The notes under the pieces: model-generated
Database searches by the model: none
Told to the model about the DNA's origin: nothing
Seen by the model: only the letters and a program-made list of their open reading frames with translations
NCBI GenBank assembly: GCA_913031595.1
Contig: CAJWCP010000002.1
Location: 23-64,022, forward strand
Origin: an uncultured Flavobacteriales bacterium
GTDB lineage: Bacteria > Bacteroidota > Bacteroidia > Flavobacteriales > BACL11
Reading direction: 5' to 3'
DNA length: 64,000 bases
Position numbers and translations under genes: made by a program
Shown: one piece after another, positions 37,830 through 47,302 of the stretch
How the letters are laid out: each line of letters opens with the position of its first letter
Position numbering within the stretch: position 1 is the first letter of the stretch

Positions 37830-40015
37830 TAGTTTGCTACTTGTGAGATAAAATTAATTCTTAGAATACGTATTTCTTCATCATTAAATTCATCTTCATC
37901 AAATTCTAATCGAGCTTCATCAAATGAGAAGTTTTCTGTGCTTTTAAAGAATTCATGAATTTCTTGAATCTCTTCTTGATCCATCATATTACTAATAATA
38001 TGTGAAAGATTTAATCTTGTGCCTTTTTCTACTATTTCTTCCATTTCTGTTAAGAGTTCATCAACAGAAAGCTGTTTACCTTTAGCAATATCTTCTATTG
38101 TTAATTTTCTATCTAATGATTGAATTATATAAATTTTATTATTTGATTTATTTGCAACAGTTCTTACTGTAATATCTTGAGGTCTTATAATATTATTTTC
38201 TTCTACATATTTTTTGATTGTCTGAATAAATTCTAATCCGTATTTTTCAGCTTTTCCTTGACCTACTCCTTGTACTTGTGCCATTTCTTCAATTGTTACA
38301 GGATATTGGTTAGCCATATCAATTAGAGAGGGCTCCATAAATAAGATAGCTGGAGGTAGGCCAATTTTTTTTGCAAGTTTTTTCCGAAGGTCTTTTAGTA
38401 TATTAAATAATATAGAGTCTGCTGCTTGACCTTTTTGGTTTGTTATAATAGCAGTAGTACTTTCTTCTTCATATTCATGATCTTCTGTTAATTGAATGCT
38501 GTAGGCATTTTTTATGAAATTTTTACCTTCTTCTGTAATTTTAAGAATTCCATAGCTTTCAATTTCTTTGGTAATTAATTGTTTTACATAAACTTGTCTA
38601 ATGACAGAATGCCAGAATGTTAATCCTTTTTCTTTTCCTATTCCAAATACTTTATCAATTTGAGACATGTGTTGTTTAATTAAAGAATTGCTCTCTCCTA
38701 CCATAATTTTCGCCATTTCTTTTGGTTTGAATCGTTCACGACACTCTACAATTGCTTTAAGTAGTGTTTTTACATATTCTTTTCCTTCAATTTTTTCTTT
38801 AGGATTTTTACAGTTATCACACATATTATCACATATGCTTGCATCAAATTCTTCTCCAAAATAATGTAATAAATATTTCCTTCTACACATTGATGTTTCT
38901 GAAAAAGCAATTGTTTCCATAATTAGTAGTCTTCCTACTTCTTGTTCAGCAACAGGTTTCCCTTGTAGGAATTTCTCTAGTTTTTCAATATCTTTATAGT
39001 CATAAAAAGTAATTAAATCTCCTTTTCCTCCATCTCTACCAGCACGACCTGTTTCTTGATAATATCCCTCTAAACTTTTTGGGATATCATGATGAATGAC
39101 ATATCTAATATCCGGTTTATCTATTCCCATTCCAAAAGCAATGGTTGCAACAATTACATTACAGTCATCCATTAAGAAAGCTTCTTGATGTTCAACTCTT
39201 TTTTTTGCTTCTAAACCAGCATGATATGGGAGCGCTTTAATTCCATTTATTTGTAATGTTTCAGCAATTTCTTCTACTTTTTTTCGACTTAAACAGTATA
39301 CAATTCCTGACTCTCCTTTTCTGTTATTAATATATTGTATAATCTGTTTTGCAACATCTTTTTTTTGTTTGATTTCATAAAAAAGATTAGCTCTATTAAA
39401 TGAATCAAGGAATAATTTTCCATCATGAATTTTCAGATTTTTCATAATGTCTTGTCGTACTTTTGGAGTTGCTGTAGCAGTGAGTGCAATAATTGGTTTC
39501 GCACCTATATTATCTATGATTTGTTTCAGTTTCCTATATTCTGGTCTAAAATCATGTCCCCATTCTGAGATGCAATGAGCTTCATCAATAGCATAGAATG
39601 ATATAGAGATGCCTCTAAAGAAGTCAATATTGTCTTCCTTTATAAGAGACTCTGGAGCGACATACACTAATTTTGTTTTTCCTGAAGATATATCATCTTT
39701 TACTTGTTTAGTTTGTGTTTTTGATAGAGACGAATTTAATACATGTGCGATGCTATTATCCTTGTAAAATCCTCTAAGTACATCAACCTGATTTTTCATT
39801 AAAGCAATTAATGGGGATACAACAATAGCGCATCCTTCAGATAATAATGCCGGTAATTGATAACACATAGATTTCCCCCCCCCAGTAGGCATAATCACCA
39901 TACTGTCATTTCCTTCTAAAAGATTTAATATTATCTCTTCTTGTTTAGATCTAAAATTATTAAACCCAAAGATGCTTTTTAATTTCTTTTGGAGAGTGTC
40001 TTGAGAAATACTCAT
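37829..40015 (-). CDS. recQ: ATP-dependent DNA helicase RecQ
   Basis: Walker A PTGGGKS, DEAH box (AIDEAHCISEWGHDFRP), RQC zinc-binding Cys cluster and a C-terminal HRDC domain. Start set to MSISQDTL (40015). The upstream 39 codons of the ORF are hydrophobic read-through of the intergenic region. Confidence 0.95.
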   Translation of the reverse strand: MSISQDTLQKKLKSIFGFNNFRSKQEEIILNLLEGNDSMVIMPTGGGKSMCYQLPALLSEGCAIVVSPLIALMKNQVDVLRGFYKDNSIAHVLNSSLSKTQTKQVKDDISSGKTKLVYVAPESLIKEDNIDFFRGISISFYAIDEAHCISEWGHDFRPEYRKLKQIIDNIGAKPIIALTATATPKVRQDIMKNLKIHDGKLFLDSFNRANLFYEIKQKKDVAKQIIQYINNRKGESGIVYCLSRKKVEEIAETLQINGIKALPYHAGLEAKKRVEHQEAFLMDDCNVIVATIAFGMGIDKPDIRYVIHHDIPKSLEGYYQETGRAGRDGGKGDLITFYDYKDIEKLEKFLQGKPVAEQEVGRLLIMETIAFSETSMCRRKYLLHYFGEEFDASICDNMCDNCKNPKEKIEGKEYVKTLLKAIVECRERFKPKEMAKIMVGESNSLIKQHMSQIDKVFGIGKEKGLTFWHSVIRQVYVKQLITKEIESYGILKITEEGKNFIKNAYSIQLTEDHEYEEESTTAIITNQKGQAADSILFNILKDLRKKLAKKIGLPPAILFMEPSLIDMANQYPVTIEEMAQVQGVGQGKAEKYGLEFIQTIKKYVEENNIIRPQDITVRTVANKSNNKIYIIQSLDRKLTIEDIAKGKQLSVDELLTEMEEIVEKGTRLNLSHIISNMMDQEEIQEIHEFFKSTENFSFDEARLEFDEDEFNDEEIRILRINFISQVAN

Positions 40016-40031
40016 TCTTAAATTAAATTGG

Positions 40032-40039
40032 TATTTTTG
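40032..40039 (+). promoter_or_regulatory. -7 promoter box TATTTTTG
   Basis: Exact TAnnTTTG match 33 nt upstream of the kpsF ATG. Confidence 0.35.
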
Positions 40040-40072
40040 TTTTTGAAACACGAATATACTATAATTTATTAA

Positions 40073-41038
40073 ATGATCTCTTCTCAAGAAATAAAAAAGA
40101 TAGCAAAGAATTGTATTAACGTACAGTATCATGCTATACTAGAACTTAAGAATAGGATAGATGATAATTTCACCTCTATTATTAGGTTTATTTTAGAATC
40201 TAAAGGGAGGTTAATTGTGGTAGGTATAGGAAAGAGTGCGAATATTGGAAGAAAGATGGTAGCTACATTTAATTCTACAGGTCAGCCTTCTATTTTCTTA
40301 CATGCTAGTGAAGCAATACATGGGGATTTAGGAAATATACAAAAAGAAGATATTGTTATGTGTGTTTCTAAGAGTGGTAATACTCCAGAAATAAAATCAG
40401 TTGTTTCTGTTATTAAGAAGATGTCTAATCCTATTATTGCCATGACAGGTAATACAAAATCTTACTTAGCACAAGAAGCAGAATTTATCATTGATGTAAG
40501 CGTCTTAAAAGAGGCCTGTTCAAATGATCTAATACCTACTTCTTCAACAACAGCACAATTAGTAATGGGGGACGCTTTAGCAATTAGTCTTTTAGAGTGT
40601 AATAATTTTACAGATGAGGACTTTGCACGTTTTCATCCTGGAGGAACATTGGGAAAAAGATTATCTTCAAGACTTTCAGATTTAATAAATTCAGATAATA
40701 AGCCTATTGTTACATCTGATGATTTAGTAAATAGTGTAATTCTTGAGATATCTAACAAAAGACTTGGAGCTACGGCTGTTATTGATAATGATGAGTTGAA
40801 AGGTATAATTACAGATGGAGATTTAAGAAGGATGATAGAAAAAGAAGAAGATTTTTCTACTTTAAGAGCAAGAGATATTATGACTAAGGATCCAATAATT
40901 ATGAATACAGAGGATTTAGCTTATAATGGATTAAGATTAATGGAGCAAAATAACATTAGTCAACTAATTATTCTTGATAACGATAGCTATGTAGGTATTG
41001 TACATATTCATGATATAATTAAACTTGGAGTTGTTTAA
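40073..41038 (+). CDS. kdsD: Arabinose-5-phosphate isomerase (KpsF/GutQ family; SIS + tandem CBS)
   Basis: 321 aa. SIS domain (VVGIGKSANIGRK) and two CBS domains. Confidence 0.9.
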   Translation: MISSQEIKKIAKNCINVQYHAILELKNRIDDNFTSIIRFILESKGRLIVVGIGKSANIGRKMVATFNSTGQPSIFLHASEAIHGDLGNIQKEDIVMCVSKSGNTPEIKSVVSVIKKMSNPIIAMTGNTKSYLAQEAEFIIDVSVLKEACSNDLIPTSSTTAQLVMGDALAISLLECNNFTDEDFARFHPGGTLGKRLSSRLSDLINSDNKPIVTSDDLVNSVILEISNKRLGATAVIDNDELKGIITDGDLRRMIEKEEDFSTLRARDIMTKDPIIMNTEDLAYNGLRLMEQNNISQLIILDNDSYVGIVHIHDIIKLGVV

Positions 41039-41847
41039 TGAAAGAGAATACAGAAATGTCCTTTTTAGATCATTTAGAAGTTTTTAGATGGCATCTTATA
41101 CGTTCTTCTATTGTTCTTTTATTGTCTTCTATATTTGCATTTGTATTTAAAGATGTTATTTTTGATCTTATCCTCTTAGGGCCTAAGAATCCAGATTTTC
41201 TTACTTATAGAATACTTTGTAATATTTCTCAATATTTAGGAATGGGAGACGCACTTTGTTTAGAAGACTCTCCATTTTCTTTAATGAATATTACTATGAG
41301 TGGTCAATTTGCTACTCATATTAAAACATCTTTTTTTGCAGGTTTTGTTATTTCTTTTCCTTATATTTTATGGGAGGCCTGGCGTTTTATTAGTCCTGCT
41401 CTTTATGATAATGAAACTAAATTAGCAAAAGGTTTTGTATTCTTTAGTTCTTGCCTTTTTATTATCGGGATTTTATTTGGATATTATGTTGTCGCGCCGT
41501 TATCTGTTAATTTTTTAGGTTCTTATCAAGTTAGTAGTATGGTAGCTAATCAAATTAGTTTAACTTCATTTATCTCTACAGTTATTACTGTTTGTTTAGC
41601 AAATGGTATTGTTTTTGAACTACCTATTATTGTATATTTTTTAACTAAAATAGGATTATTGACTCCTGAATTTATGCGTGCTTATCGTAAACATGCAATG
41701 GTTGGAGCTTTAATATTATCTGCAATTATCACGCCTCCTGATATTACTTCTCAAATTTTTGTTTCATTTCCTTTGATTATACTATATGAGATTAGCATTA
41801 GAATATCGCAAAGAGTTATAAAAAATAAAAATAAATACGTATCATGA
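41038..41847 (+). CDS. tatC: Twin-arginine translocase subunit TatC
   Basis: 269 aa with 6 TM spans. Starts [17 protein letters not shown]. Confidence 0.9.
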   Translation: MKENTEMSFLDHLEVFRWHLIRSSIVLLLSSIFAFVFKDVIFDLILLGPKNPDFLTYRILCNISQYLGMGDALCLEDSPFSLMNITMSGQFATHIKTSFFAGFVISFPYILWEAWRFISPALYDNETKLAKGFVFFSSCLFIIGILFGYYVVAPLSVNFLGSYQVSSMVANQISLTSFISTVITVCLANGIVFELPIIVYFLTKIGLLTPEFMRAYRKHAMVGALILSAIITPPDITSQIFVSFPLIILYEISIRISQRVIKNKNKYVS

Positions 41848-42569
41848 TTTTACGAGCAGAAAATATAGTTAAATATTATGGAAAAAGACCTGTTGTGAAT
41901 CAAGCTTCATTTGAAGTTAAGCAAGGGGAGATTGTAGGTCTTCTAGGACCTAATGGGGCAGGGAAAACCACTTCATTTTATATGGTTGTAGGATTAGTTA
42001 GTCCTTATAGTGGAGATATTTTTTTAGATGATAATAAGATTACAAAATTGCCTATGTATAAAAGAGCAAAATTGGGTATTGGATATCTAGCGCAGGAAGC
42101 TTCTGTCTTTAGGAATATGAGTGTAGAAGATAATTTATTATCGGTATTAGAGATGACAACATTAAGTCGAAAAGAGCAGTATGATAAATGTGAGGAATTA
42201 ATTATAGAATTTGGTTTAGAAAAAGTGCGTAAAAATAAAGGGATATTACTTTCTGGAGGAGAGAGAAGAAGAACAGAGATCGCAAGAGCATTAGCTACTA
42301 GTCCTAAATTTATTTTATTAGATGAACCTTTTGCTGGTGTTGACCCTATTGCTGTTGAAGATATTCAGATGATTGTTTCTAAATTAAAAGAGAAGAATAT
42401 CGGTATACTTATTACAGATCATAATGTTCATGAAACTTTATCAATTACTGATAGAGCATATTTGCTTTTTGAAGGTAAGATTCTTAAAGAAGGAACTTCT
42501 AATGAACTGATTAATGATCCTAATGTCAGGAAAGTTTATTTAGGTAAGAATTTTGAGTTAAGAAAATAA
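41844..42569 (+). CDS. lptB: LPS export ABC transporter ATP-binding protein
   Basis: 241 aa. Walker [10 protein letters not shown], signature LSGGERRR and the LptB-type C-terminus (VRKVYLG). Confidence 0.9.
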   Translation: MILRAENIVKYYGKRPVVNQASFEVKQGEIVGLLGPNGAGKTTSFYMVVGLVSPYSGDIFLDDNKITKLPMYKRAKLGIGYLAQEASVFRNMSVEDNLLSVLEMTTLSRKEQYDKCEELIIEFGLEKVRKNKGILLSGGERRRTEIARALATSPKFILLDEPFAGVDPIAVEDIQMIVSKLKEKNIGILITDHNVHETLSITDRAYLLFEGKILKEGTSNELINDPNVRKVYLGKNFELRK

Positions 42570-42821
42570 TTATATTTCTTCTATACTAAAACTAAAAGAC
42601 TCCATTATTTGATTACAAAGCATCTTTTTACAGGCTTCATCTACTTTTGAGCTTGCAATTTCTTTATTTTCAGCCTCAATTTCTAATGTGATATGTTTAC
42701 CAATTCTCACATTATCTATTTCTGAAAGACCTACATTACCCATGTTGGCACTTACTGCTTTTCCCTGTGGATCCAATAGTGATTTAAGAGGCATTATATC
42801 TATTTTTGCTTTGAATTTCAT
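42570..42821 (-). CDS. purS: Phosphoribosylformylglycinamidine synthase subunit PurS
   Basis: 83 aa with the (L)DPQG motif and PurS-like size and pattern. Confidence 0.75.
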   Translation of the reverse strand: MKFKAKIDIMPLKSLLDPQGKAVSANMGNVGLSEIDNVRIGKHITLEIEAENKEIASSKVDEACKKMLCNQIMESFSFSIEEI

Positions 42822-43537
42822 TTTATAAGGTTATTTATTATTGATAATATTAAGTACAAAATTACAATAAATGGAATAGCAGCAAACCAAAAAAGAAAGA
42901 ATAATACTATTCCGCTTATGATTAATGTTATTCTAAATATGTTTGTTTTAGAACTTAGTTGTTCTGTGTTATTAAATTTTAATGAAAATAATTGAATTTT
43001 AGATATTAAGAGAAGTGGTAATAAAAGTGAAATAATAATTAAGAAATAAGGATCAGAAAATAATATTATTTTATTAAATGAAAGAGCTACTCCTGTTATG
43101 AATAGTGCTAGCGCTGGTGTTGGAAGGCCAATAAAACTAGTTTCTTGTTTTGTATCAATATTAAATTTTGCTAGACGAATTGCTGAACATAATGGTGTTA
43201 TTGAAGCTAATAGGAAAGGAATTAATAAAACCCCTTTTAGTTGAGTTTCAAATATATTATTTACATTAATATTACTTAATAGTTTAAATAAAATCATTGC
43301 AGGAGCTATTCCAAAAGTGACCATGTCAGCAAATGAATCTAGTTGTTTTCCTATCTTACTATAGGCGTTGAGTATACGAGCTGTTAGACCATCTAAAAAA
43401 TCTAATACTGTTCCAAATAAGATACATAATGAAGCGAAATATATTTTCCCTTCAAATACAAAAACAATAGCACATAATCCGAATAACAAATTGGTGAGTG
43501 TAATGATATTTGGGATATTTCTTCTTATAGTATTCAT
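42818..43537 (-). CDS. pssA: CDP-diacylglycerol--serine O-phosphatidyltransferase (CDP-alcohol phosphatidyltransferase family)
   Basis: Motif DFLDGLTAR...G..LDSFAD, polytopic membrane protein. Start set to the ATG at 43537, 6 nt downstream of a -7 box. Confidence 0.8.
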   Translation of the reverse strand: MNTIRRNIPNIITLTNLLFGLCAIVFVFEGKIYFASLCILFGTVLDFLDGLTARILNAYSKIGKQLDSFADMVTFGIAPAMILFKLLSNINVNNIFETQLKGVLLIPFLLASITPLCSAIRLAKFNIDTKQETSFIGLPTPALALFITGVALSFNKIILFSDPYFLIIISLLLPLLLISKIQLFSLKFNNTEQLSSKTNIFRITLIISGIVLFFLFWFAAIPFIVILYLILSIINNLIK

Positions 43538-43543
43538 AATGAG

Positions 43544-43551
43544 CAAAAATA
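43544..43551 (-). promoter_or_regulatory. -7 promoter box TATTTTTG (minus strand)
   Basis: Exact TAnnTTTG match 6 nt upstream of the pssA ATG at 43537. The longest-ORF TTG at 43546 lies inside the box. Confidence 0.4.
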
Positions 43552-43571
43552 TGATAATATTTGTAAACGTT

Positions 43572-45110
43572 ATGAAGAAACTATTTTTAGCAATACTTAG
43601 CGGTTTATTTTTATCATGCTCATGGCCTGCTATTGGATTCTTTCCTTTTATATTTTTTGCATTTGTTCCTCTTCTAATATTAGAAAGAAAAATTAAAAAC
43701 TCAGATATTAATTATAAAGGGAGGCAATTGTTTGGATATACTTATTTAGCCTTTTTGATTTTTAATCTTATAACTACTTATTGGGTTTGGCATGCCACCT
43801 CTTATGGAGCAATAGTAGCTTTTTTAGCTAATACTTTACTAATGACTTTCTGTTTTTATTTATTTTCTAAACTTAATAATATTAGTAGTAGACTGGCTTA
43901 TATTGGATTTATTACTCTTTGGATTTCATTTGAGTACTTACATTTTAATTGGGATTTGTCTTGGCCTTGGCTTACATTGGGTAATGTTTTTTCTAATAGC
44001 CCGGAGATTATTCAATGGTATGAGTATACAGGTTTCCTTGGTGGATCGCTATGGGTTTTGATTATCAATCTTTTAGTTTTTAGTTTTATTTCTTATAAAC
44101 ATAGAAGTACTCTTATTTATCTTATTCTCTGTTTAATTATTCCAATTGTTTTCTCACAATTTTTAGTGAAAGATATTAAACAAGAAGGCACTTTAGATGT
44201 GGTTATTGTTCAGCCAAACATTGATCCTTATACAGATAAATTTAATATTGGATATAAAGAACAGTTAGCAGGCTTTATTGAACTTGCTAAGTCAGAGTTA
44301 ACTCAGGAAACAGATTTATTACTTGGTCCAGAGACTGCTCTTTTAGAAGGAATATGGGAGAACAGAATTGAATCTACTTATAGTATAATGGCCTTTCGTA
44401 ATTTACAAGAAGAGTTTCCTAATCTTAATATCTTAGTTGGGGCTTCTACTTATAAATTATTTAAAGAAGGAGAGGAGCTGTCAGAGACAGCTAGAGAAAT
44501 AAGAAATCAGAATGTTTTTTATGATGCGTATAATTCTGCTATTTTTATTCCAGATAGTGGAGAGATACAGGTGTACCATAAAACAAAATTAGTTCCTGGT
44601 GCTGAGAAAATGCCCTTCCCTAAGGTTTTAGATAAATTAGGTAGTTTAATGATTAACTTAGGAGGGATTCAAGGGTCTTTAGGAAGTGAAAATGAGAATT
44701 ATCCATTTGAGATTAATGGTAAGGTTATTAAACCTCTTATTTGTTATGAAAGTATTTATGGTGATTTAGAAAATGGAGTGTCTGATATCATTAGTATTAT
44801 TACAAATGATGGCTGGTGGAGAGAAACGGCAGGCTATAAACAGCACTTTGCTTATGCTCGTTTACGTGCCATTGAAGAAAGACGATCTATCATTCGATCT
44901 GCTAATACAGGCATCTCTGGAGTTATTAATCAGAATGGACATATTATTCAGGAATCCAAATGGGATGAGAGAGTGTGTTTAAGTACTCTTGTTAATTTAC
45001 ATCAAGAACAAACTTTCTATAGTACTTATGGCGATTATCTTGGTCGTCTAAGTGTATTTTTAGCTTTTTTACTCTTAATTAGTTCTTTTGTTAAAAGAAG
45101 AATCAATTAG
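43572..45110 (+). CDS. lnt: Apolipoprotein N-acyltransferase
   Basis: N-terminal multi-TM region plus a C-terminal nitrilase-type CN hydrolase domain (ICYESIY catalytic Cys). Start set to MKKLFLAIL (43572). The 5' part of the track ORF is antisense to pssA. Confidence 0.85.
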   Translation: MKKLFLAILSGLFLSCSWPAIGFFPFIFFAFVPLLILERKIKNSDINYKGRQLFGYTYLAFLIFNLITTYWVWHATSYGAIVAFLANTLLMTFCFYLFSKLNNISSRLAYIGFITLWISFEYLHFNWDLSWPWLTLGNVFSNSPEIIQWYEYTGFLGGSLWVLIINLLVFSFISYKHRSTLIYLILCLIIPIVFSQFLVKDIKQEGTLDVVIVQPNIDPYTDKFNIGYKEQLAGFIELAKSELTQETDLLLGPETALLEGIWENRIESTYSIMAFRNLQEEFPNLNILVGASTYKLFKEGEELSETAREIRNQNVFYDAYNSAIFIPDSGEIQVYHKTKLVPGAEKMPFPKVLDKLGSLMINLGGIQGSLGSENENYPFEINGKVIKPLICYESIYGDLENGVSDIISIITNDGWWRETAGYKQHFAYARLRAIEERRSIIRSANTGISGVINQNGHIIQESKWDERVCLSTLVNLHQEQTFYSTYGDYLGRLSVFLAFLLLISSFVKRRIN

Positions 45111-45171
45111 TGGTTTTTTTAAGATTTTTCATAGTTGTAATGTTTGATGATTTTTGTAAGGCTAATGAAAT

Positions 45172-45945
45172 TTATTGAAGATCAGTAGGGATCTTGCAAA
45201 CAGGTATCTCTTTCATCTTATGTTGATTATCTTGATTTAGTTTTTGATAGATAGTTATAACTTCTTTTTCTCTATGAGTTAGATTTTCTATCTCTCCAGA
45301 AAAACGCATAGCCCATTCTAATTCAGGATAAGTAGCTCCAATTTGCTCTTCATCTGTTTTGTTATCTCCCCACAATCCATCGGTAGGAGCCGCATTTAGA
45401 ATAGAATTATGAATACCAAGTTCTTTCCCAATTGTATAAACTTCTGTTTTTAGTAAGTCAGCAATTGGGCTAACATCAACACCCCCATCTCCGTATTTAG
45501 TAAAAAACCCAACTCCAAAATCCTCTACTTTGTTACCTGTTCCTACGACCAAATAATTATGGGTTCCAGCAAGATAATAAAGCGTGGTCATACGTAAGCG
45601 CGCTCTTGTGTTAGCAAGAGCTAGCTCTACATTTTTTGTATTTTTTGGAAGGGTTTTTGCTAAATTCTCAAAAACAGAGGTTAGTTCAATATTTATTGCA
45701 CTAACATTTGGAAAATTACTCTTCAACCAATTAATATGATCTTTTCCTCTTTCAACTTGTGATTCTTGTTGGTGAATTGGCATTTCTACACACAGTACAG
45801 GAAGTCCAGTTTTAGCAGCTAATGTTGAGCTTACTGCAGAATCAACACCTCCAGATATTCCAACCACTAATCCTTTGATTTTTGATTTCTCAGAGTACTG
45901 TTTAAGCCAATCTGAAATGTATGTTATAATTGCTTTTGTTTGCAT
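45172..45945 (-). CDS. nadE: NH3-dependent NAD+ synthetase
   Basis: PP-loop SGGVDS and typical NadE layout. Start set to the ATG at 45945, because the TTG at 45957 lies within a -7 box. Confidence 0.9.
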   Translation of the reverse strand: MQTKAIITYISDWLKQYSEKSKIKGLVVGISGGVDSAVSSTLAAKTGLPVLCVEMPIHQQESQVERGKDHINWLKSNFPNVSAINIELTSVFENLAKTLPKNTKNVELALANTRARLRMTTLYYLAGTHNYLVVGTGNKVEDFGVGFFTKYGDGGVDVSPIADLLKTEVYTIGKELGIHNSILNAAPTDGLWGDNKTDEEQIGATYPELEWAMRFSGEIENLTHREKEVITIYQKLNQDNQHKMKEIPVCKIPTDLQ

Positions 45946-45954
45946 CTTTCTTTG

Positions 45955-45962
45955 CAAATGTA
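45955..45962 (-). promoter_or_regulatory. -7 promoter box TACATTTG (minus strand)
   Basis: Exact TAnnTTTG match 9 nt upstream of the nadE ATG at 45945. Confidence 0.4.
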
Positions 45963-45975
45963 AAGGAAAACTTTA

Positions 45976-45983
45976 TACTTTTG
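45976..45983 (+). promoter_or_regulatory. -7 promoter box TACTTTTG
   Basis: Exact TAnnTTTG match 6 nt upstream of the gldB ATG at 45990. A TTTG at 45951-45954 lies at -33-like spacing. Confidence 0.45.
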
Positions 45984-45989
45984 CAGTAT

Positions 45990-46979
45990 ATGAAAAAGAT
46001 ACTATTTTTTCTAATTTTCATATTTGTTTTGTATCTCCTGTTTAGGAAAGAAAATATAGATCAAATAGAACTTAATTTTAATCGATTTGAGCAGGTGCTA
46101 TTTTCAATTAATAGTGAAAATGCTAATGATAAGCTGCAAGTATTAGAAGAAGATTTTGGCACTTTTAATGAAGTTTTTGAAGCTCATATAATACAAAGAA
46201 GGAGCGTTTCAGATACTGCTTATATTCAAGAAATATTTCAATTTATTAATCATCCAGATATGCGTGAAGCTTATGATAGCGTTGCATTGATTTATAATGA
46301 CTTTAGTGATATTCAGCAAGAATTAACATCTGGATTTAGCCACTTCCATTATCTCTTTCCTTCTCATCCTATTCCTGATATTACTACATTTTTTGGAGGG
46401 TTTAATTATGGAGTGATTACTTATGATGATAATATTGCTATTGGTCTCGAGAATTTTTTAGGTAACAATAGTGAGTTTTATGATCTTTTACAAGATCCTA
46501 AGTATTTACGATTTCAAAAGCAAAGACGGTTTATTTCTTCTAATGTGATGGAAGCTTGGTTGAATGAACATTTTCAGTATACTTTAGTTTCTAGAGATTT
46601 TCTTTCTCAAATGTTATATAAAGGGAAGGTTATGTATTGTATAGATAAGATGTTTCCTGACATTTCTTTAGAGAATAAATTTAGATTCACAAAAGAGCAA
46701 ATGCAATGGGTAATAGATAATGAGGGAAATATCTGGGCCTATTTTATGGATAATGAGTTGCTTTTCTCTTTATATGAACAGGAGTTTAGAACATTTTTAA
46801 ATTATGCTCCTTTTGCAAAGGGGATGCCAAATGAAGCCCCTGCTCGAGTAGGTTATTTTATAGGCTATAAAATAATAGTTGATTTAATGAAGAATTCTGA
46901 CATGAGCTTAGAATCTGTGATGAATATGCGTGATGGAAGAGAGATTTTAAATTTGTCAAAATACAAACCATCAAAATAA
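45990..46979 (+). CDS. gldB: Gliding motility protein GldB
   Basis: GldB-like sequence immediately upstream of gldC, as in F. johnsoniae. N-terminal hydrophobic segment MKKILFFLIFIFVLYLLF with no Cys. Confidence 0.7.
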   Translation: MKKILFFLIFIFVLYLLFRKENIDQIELNFNRFEQVLFSINSENANDKLQVLEEDFGTFNEVFEAHIIQRRSVSDTAYIQEIFQFINHPDMREAYDSVALIYNDFSDIQQELTSGFSHFHYLFPSHPIPDITTFFGGFNYGVITYDDNIAIGLENFLGNNSEFYDLLQDPKYLRFQKQRRFISSNVMEAWLNEHFQYTLVSRDFLSQMLYKGKVMYCIDKMFPDISLENKFRFTKEQMQWVIDNEGNIWAYFMDNELLFSLYEQEFRTFLNYAPFAKGMPNEAPARVGYFIGYKIIVDLMKNSDMSLESVMNMRDGREILNLSKYKPSK

Positions 46980-46984
46980 AATTT

Positions 46985-47302
46985 ATGAAAAAAACATTAA
47001 AATTTGAGGTTAAGCTTGATGAGAATCATTTGCCTTTAAGTATAGAAATGTGTTCTGATGATAGTAGCCCTGAAAAAAATATTAAAGCGTTAATTTTATC
47101 TGCTTGGTCTGCCAAAAGTAAAGAAACATTAAGGGTAGATCTTTGGACAAAAGACATGCCGGTGCATGATATGTTTATTTTGTATCATCAAAGTATGATG
47201 GGTATGGCTAACACTCTAGAAAGAGCAACTGGTCATAATAAACTTGCTGGAGCTTTACGTGATTATTGCGAGTTTTTTGCAAAGGAGACTAAGATTAAAT
47301 AA
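46985..47302 (+). CDS. gldC: Gliding motility protein GldC
   Basis: 105 aa. The conserved core LRVDLWTKDMPV...F(A)KE matches the GldC family as I remember it. Confidence 0.7.
   Translation: MKKTLKFEVKLDENHLPLSIEMCSDDSSPEKNIKALILSAWSAKSKETLRVDLWTKDMPVHDMFILYHQSMMGMANTLERATGHNKLAGALRDYCEFFAKETKIK

Noticed and set aside
43368-43571. Long N-terminal extension of the lnt ORF. Similar extensions occur on recQ (40016-40132), murD (55237-55293), gldB (45930-45989), the EamA gene (26781-26825) and ftsA (60933-60956).
   Set aside because: The extensions run antisense through neighbouring genes or through intergenic promoter DNA. Conserved N-termini begin at the internal ATGs, several of which are preceded by a TAnnTTTG box.
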